DNA of 45,797 bases from Candidatus Pacearchaeota archaeon RBG_13_36_9 (GTDB lineage Archaea > Nanobdellota > Nanobdellia > Pacearchaeales > GW2011-AR1). Within the stretch, counting starts at the first letter, position 1, and every line of letters starts with the position of its first letter. Where the stretch lies: contig MFWN01000024.1 in assembly GCA_001786395.1 (NCBI GenBank), positions 27,697 to 73,493 of the forward strand, given 5' to 3'. Positions 9,331-17,957 of this stretch are shown here, one piece after another. The notes beneath the pieces are model-generated. The model was given only the letters and a program-made list of their open reading frames with translations. It searched no databases and was not told the DNA's origin. Position numbers and translations under genes: made by a program.

Positions 9331-10440
9331 ATGAGAGATGGTTTTAAAGATTATTGGATAAGCAAGTTGTTATTTCCTAAGACATACATTATTGATAAAC
9401 CTGGAATAATAATAAGTAAGACCTCTTCAAAATATAGTAATAAGGAAGTCAAAAGAAGGATGATTTATGACTTCGAGGATATTGCTGCGAATTTACAGCT
9501 AAAAGCTTCTAAAAATTTAGGTCAAAGCGAAGCAGATAGATTGTTTTATAAAATAGGAAAGGATGTTGCTGTAAGATATATGTTATTGTCAAAAGCAAAA
9601 AAGTCACCTTCCTTTCTTCAAAATTCTTTAATAAATTATTTATTCGACAATCTTAAAGGAGGGGGATTTTCCCTTGCTGAAAACGTAACTTATAACGTGA
9701 AGGAAATGTCCTTAATTTTGAAAGGAAAATCAAATATGATTTGCAGGAAGAGTAAATTATCTTCTTTTACTTCGGGTCTAATTAGTGGCTTTGTTAGTTT
9801 TCTAACAGGCGAGAACATAGAAGCAGAATCAAAATGCTATGATTGTCCAAATAATTGTATTGTTATAGCTAATAAAAGCATAGAAGAGAGATATATTCCA
9901 GATACTCAGAAACTAATGCCAATGGAGAATTATAATATTTTGAATTTTCCAAAATTTCTTATGGAATCGGAAAAATATCATACGTTTAATGATTTAATTA
10001 AGTTTGGGAAAGTTAAGGTAGGTTCTGGAAAAATACTTTTTATGGGTAAGGCGCTTATTCCTATAGAAGCAGGTTGCCTTGAGTTGGTAGCAGATTATTT
10101 TGTTAGAATTAATAAAAAAGATTTATTAGTTAATGCTTTAACTGAAAGTTCAGAAAAATTAGCAGAAGAATTTCTTAAAGATAAAGAGACAATCTCGAAT
10201 AAGGTGAAAGCAATCAAGATTATGCTGAGTGCTTTTGGATGGGGTTTAGCCGACTTGAAGAAATATAAAAAGAAAATATTTTTTGATTTTATAAATGCCC
10301 CCATAAATAAATATGGTTTTTTATATAGAGCATCAGTTGTTAATGGCTATATAAATAATATTTTTAATAATAATTTTAGAATTGAAAGAATAGATTATCC
10401 TCAGAATTCTAATGTAAAAATAGTTTATTCAGTATCTTAA
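9331..10440 (+). CDS. Tandem V4R(4VR)-like domain protein
   Basis: SD-like aggagg precedes ATG 9331. First half has 'LFYKIGK...GLISGFVSFLTGENIEAESKC..C...C'. Second half has 'LSAFGWG' and 'VNGYINNIF'. Confidence 0.6.
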   Translation: MRDGFKDYWISKLLFPKTYIIDKPGIIISKTSSKYSNKEVKRRMIYDFEDIAANLQLKASKNLGQSEADRLFYKIGKDVAVRYMLLSKAKKSPSFLQNSLINYLFDNLKGGGFSLAENVTYNVKEMSLILKGKSNMICRKSKLSSFTSGLISGFVSFLTGENIEAESKCYDCPNNCIVIANKSIEERYIPDTQKLMPMENYNILNFPKFLMESEKYHTFNDLIKFGKVKVGSGKILFMGKALIPIEAGCLELVADYFVRINKKDLLVNALTESSEKLAEEFLKDKETISNKVKAIKIMLSAFGWGLADLKKYKKKIFFDFINAPINKYGFLYRASVVNGYINNIFNNNFRIERIDYPQNSNVKIVYSVS

Positions 10441-11538
10441 TCTCATTATTTTGTATTTACTTGCGAGAAAAAGATAATTCATAATAACTCTTAATTTCAA
10501 ATTAATCGGAATTTTATTTTTTATGTTTTTAGGTATTTTAGTATCCTCATTTTTCATCATTTTTTTCAAGAGCTCTGGATTTTTCCTAATTTGATGCAGT
10601 AATTTTACTTTTAATTTGCTGCTTAACTTCAAAGACAGCTTTTTTATATACAAGTTAAGATTTTTTTTATTCCATTCTTTTTCGTAACTTTTAAGATTAT
10701 TTTTATTTATGGCTCTTGCTAATATAATTGAAGTATCTAAGATTGGACGAATTCCCTCACTTACAGAAGAACTTGCATTACCGAAACTATCCCCAAGAAA
10801 AGCGCAATTTTTAATTACTAATGGCAAAACGGGGCTTGATGGGATTATTGCTTTTTCTTGTTTTGTTATTTTTGGATTTTTTATTATTTTATTATATAAT
10901 GTATCCTTAGGAACTTTGATTAAATTAAAATCAATTTTGTTTTCATATACCCAGTCCCCGTGTATAACCTTATCTTTTGTAGGGTAGAAATCTTCCAGAT
11001 AATTTACTTTGTCTCTTGATACACAGAAATAAAAATAATTTCCAATATCTACCTTGTTTTTTAAGACTTTGATATTGCCTATCCAGTATCTGAAAGGAAG
11101 GGGCAGTTTATACAGTCTTCTAAGGAAAAATGAGGCTCCTGAACAGTCGATTAGATATCCAAATTTATATTTATTTTTGTCAGTTATTAAAACTTTATCT
11201 TTGACTTCTAATGCATTCTCTTTTTTAAATAAGGCATCAGAATTTTTCAGTAAAAAATTGCAAACTTTTTTGTAGTCAATAAAAAAGAAATTTTCTTTTA
11301 GTTTGTTTGTTTCACCATAGATTCCAATAACAGCACCATCAAACTTATGTTCATAAGTTAGCTTATATTCATCGATTATCTCCTTAAATGTATTCCTGTA
11401 GACAAAAGGGGCATTTGACCCTGGGCTTTTTTTATCGATAATCAAAATACTCCCTTTGTATCCTTCTCTTTTAAGATTGTAAGACAATCCAGTTCCGGCG
11501 ATTCCTGCTCCGATAATTATAACATCATAATCATACAT
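10429..11538 (-). CDS. FAD-dependent oxidoreductase, geranylgeranyl reductase / lycopene cyclase-like
   Basis: 'YDVIIIGAGIAG' Rossmann motif, 'LIDCSG', 'FLGDSFGNASSSVSEGI' (GD motif). Confidence 0.8.
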   Translation of the reverse strand: MYDYDVIIIGAGIAGTGLSYNLKREGYKGSILIIDKKSPGSNAPFVYRNTFKEIIDEYKLTYEHKFDGAVIGIYGETNKLKENFFFIDYKKVCNFLLKNSDALFKKENALEVKDKVLITDKNKYKFGYLIDCSGASFFLRRLYKLPLPFRYWIGNIKVLKNKVDIGNYFYFCVSRDKVNYLEDFYPTKDKVIHGDWVYENKIDFNLIKVPKDTLYNKIIKNPKITKQEKAIIPSSPVLPLVIKNCAFLGDSFGNASSSVSEGIRPILDTSIILARAINKNNLKSYEKEWNKKNLNLYIKKLSLKLSSKLKVKLLHQIRKNPELLKKMMKNEDTKIPKNIKNKIPINLKLRVIMNYLFLASKYKIMRLRY

Positions 11539-12403
11539 ATTTAACTTCTTTCATACCCTTTATTTTTGAAACGAAGTATATAAAATAAATAAAGATAAAT
11601 GAGAAACTAAGCCCAATTAAAGACAGGTTTGTTGTTTTGTCGAAAACAAAAGCAAATGGTAAAGCAATTATAACAAGTCTCACAAGGCCATAAGCTACTA
11701 TTTCTTTTTTGGTATCCATGCAGTAATCCATGAAAACTTTTATTATAAATAACATAAATACAACTGATAGAAATTTATTTCCTAAATCAAGTAAAAAATA
11801 AGATAAGAAGACCGCAATAAAATAAAGGCTTAGAAAAATGTGTGTTATTACTTTTCCATTTTTGTAGGAGGTCATTAGTGTTTTATATTTTCTTTTTTTG
11901 TCTTCCTTTATCCCCCTTAAATTTTTCATTGGGGTTATTAATCCAAAAGAAATTGCCGCAAGCGGGATTATTAGAAGAAATGTTCTTGTATTTAAATTTA
12001 AGATTAGGGAAGAGCTTAAAATGGGGATAATTACATGAGTTATAGATAAAGCAACCGAATCTCCAAATAAAAAAAATCTGAAAAATTTGTTGTAAGCAAA
12101 GCCCATAAATAGGCTTGCTATTACTGTAAAAAAAATTATATAATTATAAAAAGACAGGAATATAGAGACAGACAGCAAAGTAACTATTGCTAATTTGGCT
12201 CTTTTAAATTTGAAGTCTTTATCTGCTTTCGCATTAATTAATCCCCCTACAGTGTACATCAAGATGCAGCATACCATTAAAATAATAATACTCAGAGTTA
12301 TTTTATTAGCAAATGCTACAGCAATCATAATAAAAGAGAGGGGCATCAGGGACCTTTCTATTCTTGTAGCTTTCAGGAAATCAAACAGTTCTTTTTTCAT
12401 CAA
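11531..12403 (-). CDS. UbiA-superfamily membrane prenyltransferase-like protein with degenerate Asp motifs
   Basis: About 8-9 TM helices, 'LKATR' start, 'LINAKADKD', 'FAYN', 'MKNLRGIKEDKKRKYKTL'. Overlaps the reductase gene by 8 nt. Confidence 0.7.
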   Translation of the reverse strand: MMKKELFDFLKATRIERSLMPLSFIMIAVAFANKITLSIIILMVCCILMYTVGGLINAKADKDFKFKRAKLAIVTLLSVSIFLSFYNYIIFFTVIASLFMGFAYNKFFRFFLFGDSVALSITHVIIPILSSSLILNLNTRTFLLIIPLAAISFGLITPMKNLRGIKEDKKRKYKTLMTSYKNGKVITHIFLSLYFIAVFLSYFLLDLGNKFLSVVFMLFIIKVFMDYCMDTKKEIVAYGLVRLVIIALPFAFVFDKTTNLSLIGLSFSFIFIYFIYFVSKIKGMKEVKYV

Positions 12404-12535
12404 AAAAAATGTAAAAGAAGGATTATTTATTTAATTTTAAAAGAAGGATAAAAATTCGGCGGGATGAGAAATTTTTTTATAATTTTATCCCGTGTTTAGA
12501 ATTAATAATTTATCCCTTTGTTTTCATTATTTACT

Positions 12536-12997
12536 ATGAAGTATTTTTTAGAGAGAAAGGAACTTGAAACAAAGGAGCATTCTAAGTTCTATGATATAAC
12601 GGGGGAGGTAAAAGGGGCAATAAAAAAATATAAAGTTCAAAATGGGCATGTTTTGGTGCAGGTTATGCATACTACCTGCGGGATTTATGTTAATGAGGGG
12701 GAAGAAAGACTGCTGCAGGATTTTGTTCTTTATTTAAATAAGAAGGCTCCTCAAAACAAGGGGTTGTACTTGCATGATGATATTGAAAAAAGGGACTGCC
12801 CTAAAGATGAGCCTGAAAATGGGCACAGCCATATTAAATCTGCTTTATATTCGAATTTTTCAATAAGTTTGATCTTAAATAATGGAGAACTGCAGCTCGG
12901 AAGATACCAGAGAATTTTACTTGCGGAGTTTGACGGGCCATGCCCTAGGAAGCATAAAGAAAAAAGAAAATATTTCATTAGTATTTTAGGAGAATAA
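12536..12997 (+). CDS. yjbQ: YjbQ/UPF0047 family protein
   Basis: 'HTTCGIYVNE', 'NGHSHIKSAL', 'LGRYQRILLAEFDGP'. ATG 12536 preferred over TTG 12518. Confidence 0.9.
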   Translation: MKYFLERKELETKEHSKFYDITGEVKGAIKKYKVQNGHVLVQVMHTTCGIYVNEGEERLLQDFVLYLNKKAPQNKGLYLHDDIEKRDCPKDEPENGHSHIKSALYSNFSISLILNNGELQLGRYQRILLAEFDGPCPRKHKEKRKYFISILGE

Positions 12998-12999
12998 AA

Positions 13000-14031
13000 A
13001 TGTTGGATGAATACTTAAAATCAAAAGCAGAGTTTGTAAATACAAAACTGGAAAGTTTTTTGCCTAAAAGCATTGATGAAACATGGGTCAAAGATAATTT
13101 TCCTTATTATAAGGGAGATGCAGGCATAATGAATGAGTTAATGAAGCCTATTTGGGATTTATTAGAAAGAGGGGGGAAGAGATGGAGGCCGGTTTTAATG
13201 ATGTTATGCTGTGATGTTGTTGGGGGAGGGTCAAAAATAGAGGAGCTTATTCCTGTTGTGGAAATAATTCATAATGGAACTTTAATGGTAGATGATGTTG
13301 AAGACAGCTCTGATATAAGAAGGGGAAAACCCTGCATCCATAAGATTTTTGGAGAGGATGTTGCAATTAACACAGGCAATATGATGTATTATCTTCCTTA
13401 TTTAATAATAAAGAAAATAGACTTGGATAAAAAGACAAAATTAGCTGTTTATGACCTAATTAATGAAGAGATGCTGAAATTGTCTATCGGACAGGGCATG
13501 GACATTTATTGGCATAGTGGCGGGGAAAATATCAGCGAACAACTTTATCTTCAGATGTGTGCCTTTAAGACAGGAACTTTAGCAAGAATGTCTGCTAAAC
13601 TTGGAGCATTATTAGGAAATGCGAATAAAAAACAAGTTAAAGCTCTTGGAAAGTTTGCTGAAACAATAGGAATAGCATTCCAGATTCAGGATGATATCCT
13701 TAACGTGACTAATAAAGAATGGGGGAAAGAATTTGGAGAGGATATTACAGAAGGGAAGAGAAGCTTAATGGCTATAAGAGTTTTGGAAAAAGGAAACGAA
13801 GAGGACAGGAAAAGGCTTTTGGAAATATTATCCATGAAAACAAAGGATGAAAGGCTAATTAACGAGGCAATTGGACTGATGAAGAGATATGACACGATAA
13901 ACTATGCAAAAAAGAAAGCTGAAAAATTAGTGGAAGATGCTTGGAGAAATCTGGATTCCTGCATCCTTCCTTCTGATTCTAAAATAAAATTAAAGATGTT
14001 TGCAGATTTTCTTGTGAACAGGGAGATTTAG
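13000..14031 (+). CDS. trans-polyprenyl diphosphate synthase (GGPP synthase-like)
   Basis: 'GGKRWRP', FARM 'DDVEDSSDIRRGKP', 'GQGMD', 'KTG', SARM 'FQIQDDILN'. Confidence 0.95.
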   Translation: MLDEYLKSKAEFVNTKLESFLPKSIDETWVKDNFPYYKGDAGIMNELMKPIWDLLERGGKRWRPVLMMLCCDVVGGGSKIEELIPVVEIIHNGTLMVDDVEDSSDIRRGKPCIHKIFGEDVAINTGNMMYYLPYLIIKKIDLDKKTKLAVYDLINEEMLKLSIGQGMDIYWHSGGENISEQLYLQMCAFKTGTLARMSAKLGALLGNANKKQVKALGKFAETIGIAFQIQDDILNVTNKEWGKEFGEDITEGKRSLMAIRVLEKGNEEDRKRLLEILSMKTKDERLINEAIGLMKRYDTINYAKKKAEKLVEDAWRNLDSCILPSDSKIKLKMFADFLVNREI

Positions 14032-14032
14032 G

Positions 14033-14566
14033 ATGGAGCAAGTTGTTTTATTGGACGAAAATAATAATAAGATAGGAATTGGAGAAAAAATTAAGGTGCA
14101 TGAGCAGGGAAAACTTCACATGGCATTTTCTATATTTATTTTTAATAACAAGAGAGAGCTGATGCTGCAGAAAAGAAGCAAGAATAAGTACCATTCAGGG
14201 GGATTATGGAGCAATACCTGCTGCAGCCATCCAAGGCCTGGTGAAAACATAGAGGCGGCGGCGCATAGAAGATTGAGGGAAGAAATGGGGTTTGATTGCG
14301 AACTTGAAAAGGTATTTAGCTTTAGTTATAAAGTTAAGCTAGGAAGCTTGTTTGAGAATGAGCTGGATTATGTTTTTATAGGAAAATTTAATGGAAACCC
14401 TTTTATTAATTCTGAGGAAGTTGAGGGCTGGAAATGGGTAAGCATGGATGAATTAGAAAAGGAGCTGGAAAAAAACCATTGGGATTATAGTTACTGGTTT
14501 AAGGTGGCTTTTCCGAGAATTATTGGTTTCTTAGGGGAAAATGGGGCTTCTTTATTCAAAAGCTAA
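14033..14566 (+). CDS. idi: Isopentenyl-diphosphate delta-isomerase, type 1 (Nudix fold)
   Basis: 'HEQGKLHMAFSIFIFN', 'WSNTCCSHP', 'RRLREEMG', 'ENELDYVF', 'WF'. Confidence 0.95.
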   Translation: MEQVVLLDENNNKIGIGEKIKVHEQGKLHMAFSIFIFNNKRELMLQKRSKNKYHSGGLWSNTCCSHPRPGENIEAAAHRRLREEMGFDCELEKVFSFSYKVKLGSLFENELDYVFIGKFNGNPFINSEEVEGWKWVSMDELEKELEKNHWDYSYWFKVAFPRIIGFLGENGASLFKS

Positions 14567-14654
14567 ATGTAACTCCGGATATATATTTTCAGTCTATAGC
14601 TAAGTAAGCCTGTTTTTTAATAAGATTTATATAAATAAGAATTATTTTAAGAGC

Positions 14655-15323
14655 ATGAAAATAAAATCTCTTCCTTTGGAAGACCGACCCAGAGAAAAGC
14701 TGATTAAGCAGGGGGCAGAAAATCTGACGAATTCTGAACTTTTGGCGATAATCTTGAGAGTTGGGAATAGGGGGGAGAACGTTTTAGATTTATCAAACAA
14801 ACTTTTTAATAAATATGATATTCGGTCTCTTTCCAGGGTTGAAATAAGCAAGCTGAGAAAGGAAATTGGAATAGGGGATGCTAAAGCATGCCAGATTGCT
14901 GCATGTTTTGAGTTGGGGAGGAGACTGGCTGCGTTTAAGAAAGACGGACATATTATAAGGGACACAAAAGATATAGCTAAAATTTTTCTCCCTGAAATGG
15001 GTGCTCTAAAAAAAGAGCATTTTAAAGGGGTTTATCTTAATTCAAGAAAAAGGATAATCAAAGAAGAGACAATTTTTATAGGCAGTTTAAACGAATCAGT
15101 TATTCATCCTAGAGAGATTTTCAGAATAGCTCTGGACGAAAATGCTGCTGCTTTAATCTTGCTCCATAACCACCCTTCTGGAGACCCCACACCAAGTGAG
15201 TTTGATATTAAAGTTACCAAAGAATTAGTGAAAGCAGGAGATATTTTGGGAATTAAAGTACTTGACCATATTATTTTAGGAGAGAATAAGTATCTAAGCT
15301 TTAAAGAGGAGCGGTTGATTTGA
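14655..15323 (+). CDS. radC: RadC family JAB/MPN protein
   Basis: 'RPREKL', HhH 'GIGDAKA', 'HPREIF', 'HNHPSGDPTPSEFD', 'LDHII'. Confidence 0.95.
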   Translation: MKIKSLPLEDRPREKLIKQGAENLTNSELLAIILRVGNRGENVLDLSNKLFNKYDIRSLSRVEISKLRKEIGIGDAKACQIAACFELGRRLAAFKKDGHIIRDTKDIAKIFLPEMGALKKEHFKGVYLNSRKRIIKEETIFIGSLNESVIHPREIFRIALDENAAALILLHNHPSGDPTPSEFDIKVTKELVKAGDILGIKVLDHIILGENKYLSFKEERLI

Positions 15324-15324
15324 G

Positions 15325-15573
15325 CTATTCTTCAAGCTCCTCTTTTATTCTCATCCCTTTGGGCGTTAATTGATAAAGCCTTCCGGTTTTTTCTTTTGGA
15401 TTCAGGCATTTTGCAATTTTCTTTTTTTCAAATGCCCGTAAAATATCGCTTACGTTATTGAGCCCTAGCCGAGTTTCTTCTTTGATTTGGGTTGGTATTT
15501 TAGGCTTGTTCATAACTTTAATAATTTTTCTTCTTTGCTTTCCACGGACTACCCAAGAATAATTTTCATTCAT
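15325..15573 (-). CDS. Small winged-HTH transcriptional regulator (ArsR/MarR-like)
   Basis: 'PTQIKEETRLGLNNVSDILRAF...CLNPKEKTGRLYQLTPKG'. Confidence 0.8.
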   Translation of the reverse strand: MNENYSWVVRGKQRRKIIKVMNKPKIPTQIKEETRLGLNNVSDILRAFEKKKIAKCLNPKEKTGRLYQLTPKGMRIKEELEE

Positions 15574-15580
15574 TGCTAAA

Positions 15581-15636
15581 GGTATAAATGCGGTATAAAA
15601 AGCTTTACACTGATTCTATACCGAAATATTTAAAAA
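15581..15636. promoter_or_regulatory. GGTATA repeats (CGGTATA-N19-TATACCG inverted pair) and a + strand BRE/TATA
   Basis: ggtataaa 15581, cggtata 15591-15597, tataccg 15617-15623, then ccgaaatatttaaaaa. Confidence 0.45.
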
Positions 15637-15880
15637 CTTTCAGTTCTAGTTAAAGCGGTGTCAAGAAACAGGATTAGGAAGTTTTTTTGGATGTTGAACT
15701 GCAAAGGGCTAATCAGCTTTAGATTTTTTAAGTGGTTATTTGGGTAAAGAAGCTTCGCAGAAGGTTTATGTAGGAACCGCTATTTAATAAGCAATTTTGC
15801 CATAATTATGGGATTACATATGTTTTATTGAAATCAATCGATGATAAAAATGTATATAAACTTTTTATTAATAATAATTT

Positions 15881-16027
15881 ATGGAGTCAATTATACAGGA
15901 AATTGAAACCAGCTTAGATAAATGCCAGGAATTTATCTTTAAGCTGAGGAAATTTTTCAGGAAAAATCCAGATGTTTCAGAAAGGTTTGTTAAGTTTCTG
16001 CAGGAAAAAGAAGAACTGATTTTTTAA
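15881..16027 (+). CDS. Unannotated 48-aa helical protein (MESIIQEIETSLDKCQEFIFKLRKFFRKNPDVSERFVKFLQEKEELIF)
   Basis: Read from the sequence. TATA-like tatataaa about 28 nt upstream fits a leaderless mRNA. It fills an otherwise empty gap. Confidence 0.5.
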   Translation: MESIIQEIETSLDKCQEFIFKLRKFFRKNPDVSERFVKFLQEKEELIF

Positions 16028-16034
16028 CTCAAAA

Positions 16035-16394
16035 TTACTTTTCTATCATCTTTTTCACTTTTTCAATCAGATCTTCTTTTGTAAATGGCTTTGTTATATA
16101 ATCTGCAATTCCAGCTTCCTTTAACTCTTCAACTCTCTCTGACGAAACCGGGATTGCGCTCAAGAATGCAAATTTTGCTTTTACCCCCATGTTTTTTAGC
16201 TTTGCAAAAATATCCCAGCCAGACATATCCGGAAGCATGATATCAAGCAGAATAACATCAAAGCCCTTTTTTATTTGTTTTATCCCTTCTTTTCCAGAAT
16301 AGGCTGTTTCTGTTTCAAACCCCGCGTTTGTCAATATTAATTTAACCGCTTCTGCTGTATCTTTATTATCCTCTATATAAAGTATTTTTTTCAT
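16035..16394 (-). CDS. Stand-alone response regulator receiver (REC)
   Basis: 'KILYIEDN', phosphoacceptor 'LLDIMLPDMSG', 'FLSA', 'YITKPF'. Confidence 0.95.
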   Translation of the reverse strand: MKKILYIEDNKDTAEAVKLILTNAGFETETAYSGKEGIKQIKKGFDVILLDIMLPDMSGWDIFAKLKNMGVKAKFAFLSAIPVSSERVEELKEAGIADYITKPFTKEDLIEKVKKMIEK

Positions 16395-16395
16395 A

Positions 16396-17190
16396 TTACT
16401 TTTTTAGCTCTTTTATCTCTTTTTTTAGCTCGCTCATTTTTACTTCTCTGCCAATCATCAGTTTGTTTAGCTTTTCAATTTCTTTTTCTACCTGCTTTTT
16501 TTCAGTTACATCTCGGAATATGCCAATTGTTGAGATAAATTTTCCGTTTGTTATTTTTGGAGAAATATTTCCTTCTACAAATATCTCTTTTTTATTTTTT
16601 GAAATAAAAATTGTATTTACATTTTCTAAGTGTTCTCCTGCGCAGACTTTCTTAAATAAATCCATGCAGTGCGTTTTTTGGTCGCTTTTTAGAATATTCA
16701 ATAAGCTGAGGCTTTTAATGTCCTCTTCTGAATAGCCCATTATTTCTTTCCATTTTTTGTTTACATAAATAAAATTGCAGTCTTTATCTACACTTTGTAT
16801 CAGGTCATTTGCATTATCCAAAATTTCTTTATATTCTTTTTCTGTATATTTTATTCTTTTGTTTATTTCATTTGCAAGCCCTGCAAATTCATTGTTTTGG
16901 CTTAGGTAAACTTCCTCATTTCTTTCAGAGACTGCTGTTTTAATTTTTTCAAGAGGCTTCATAATTGATAGAGAAACAATCAAACCTGTTGTTATTATTA
17001 AGATAAATGAGCTAACAAGAAAGAAAACAATTGAAAGTGAATTTATTTTTAGATTGGATAAGTTAGCTTCTGAACTTATTACTTTTGCAGTTATATTCCC
17101 GTTTGCATAAATAAATAGAAAATATCCACTAAGAGAGACTATTAGAAATATTGTAAATAAACCTAAAAAAATTTTAGATATTATCTTCAT
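16396..17190 (-). CDS. Membrane sensor: 2 TM, HAMP-like, PAS, C-terminal GREVKM coiled coil; no kinase domain
   Basis: Two hydrophobic segments, 'IMKPLEKIK', PAS 'ILDNANDLIQSVD...YVNKKW...GY...RDVTEKK', tail 'KLNKLMIGREVKMSELKKEI'. Confidence 0.85.
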   Translation of the reverse strand: MKIISKIFLGLFTIFLIVSLSGYFLFIYANGNITAKVISSEANLSNLKINSLSIVFFLVSSFILIITTGLIVSLSIMKPLEKIKTAVSERNEEVYLSQNNEFAGLANEINKRIKYTEKEYKEILDNANDLIQSVDKDCNFIYVNKKWKEIMGYSEEDIKSLSLLNILKSDQKTHCMDLFKKVCAGEHLENVNTIFISKNKKEIFVEGNISPKITNGKFISTIGIFRDVTEKKQVEKEIEKLNKLMIGREVKMSELKKEIKELKK

Positions 17191-17387
17191 TTTTCCTCTT
17201 TTTATCTGAATAAGAAGGGGGCTCTTAAATATCTCACGGCTCTTTTTGGATAACCTTCTTAAATTGTTGGATAAAAATAATTCTTTTTGTAGCTTTTTAT
17301 AAAAGTTCTTAGAATTCTTTCTTATGATCTATAAAATATATAGCTAAAGCTTTTTATAAGAATTTGGTTGTATATTCCGCCCGGCTT

Positions 17388-17957
17388 TTAATTTTTCATT
17401 CTTTTTTTTACTATCTCGTGAATTCTTAATTTTATCTTTAGTTTTCCTATTATCTTTTTTAGGACTAAAATTATAAATGTTAGAAGTATTAAGCCCCCAA
17501 TTATCAATAAAATTATAATTATTTGCCCAGAGGTTTTACTGTCTTTTTTTATTATTTCAAATGAGTCTTTTCCTTCGGCTTCTTCTTTATTATTTACAAC
17601 AATCTGGACATCCAGTTCATAATTTCCTTCAGGGGCATTTTCTGGAATTTTTATATTGCCCACAAAAGAAGCTTGTGTTTCTATTGCAAGTGTTTCTGAT
17701 TTCGAAGCAAGGATGTTTTTTTGTGAGTCCAGAATATTATAATTAAGAGTTATGTCCATTCTTTGTTGTCCTGCAAGGTTCATTATTTTTGTTGTGAACC
17801 ATAGCTCGCCTCCAGCTTGGATGTTTTTGTGCGTATCTGCAATCTGAACCTCAAGATTGAATGGATTTTCCTGAGCTGCCGCTAAGGATAAAAGCAGGAG
17901 GCCTAAAACCAGGATTTCAATAAATAAGGTCTTGTTTTTTTCTTGTTTTGATTTCAT
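17388..17957 (-). CDS. Signal peptide + single Ig-like domain + TM anchor + basic tail (paralog of 24533-25090)
   Basis: 'LLLLSLAAA', 'DITLNYNILD...ETLAIETQASFV...IPE...G.Y', hydrophobic C-terminal helix, Lys/Arg tail. Confidence 0.85.
   Translation of the reverse strand: MKSKQEKNKTLFIEILVLGLLLLSLAAAQENPFNLEVQIADTHKNIQAGGELWFTTKIMNLAGQQRMDITLNYNILDSQKNILASKSETLAIETQASFVGNIKIPENAPEGNYELDVQIVVNNKEEAEGKDSFEIIKKDSKTSGQIIIILLIIGGLILLTFIILVLKKIIGKLKIKLRIHEIVKKRMKN

Noticed and set aside
10429..14566. Complete archaeal ether-lipid or carotenoid pathway
   Set aside because: GGGP synthase, G1P dehydrogenase, CarS and phytoene synthase/desaturase are not in the window, and the UbiA and GGR motifs are non-canonical.
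14655..15323. radC as a marker of a mobile element
   Set aside because: Full-length HhH+JAB form, with no integrase, transposase, att-like repeats or tRNA in the window.
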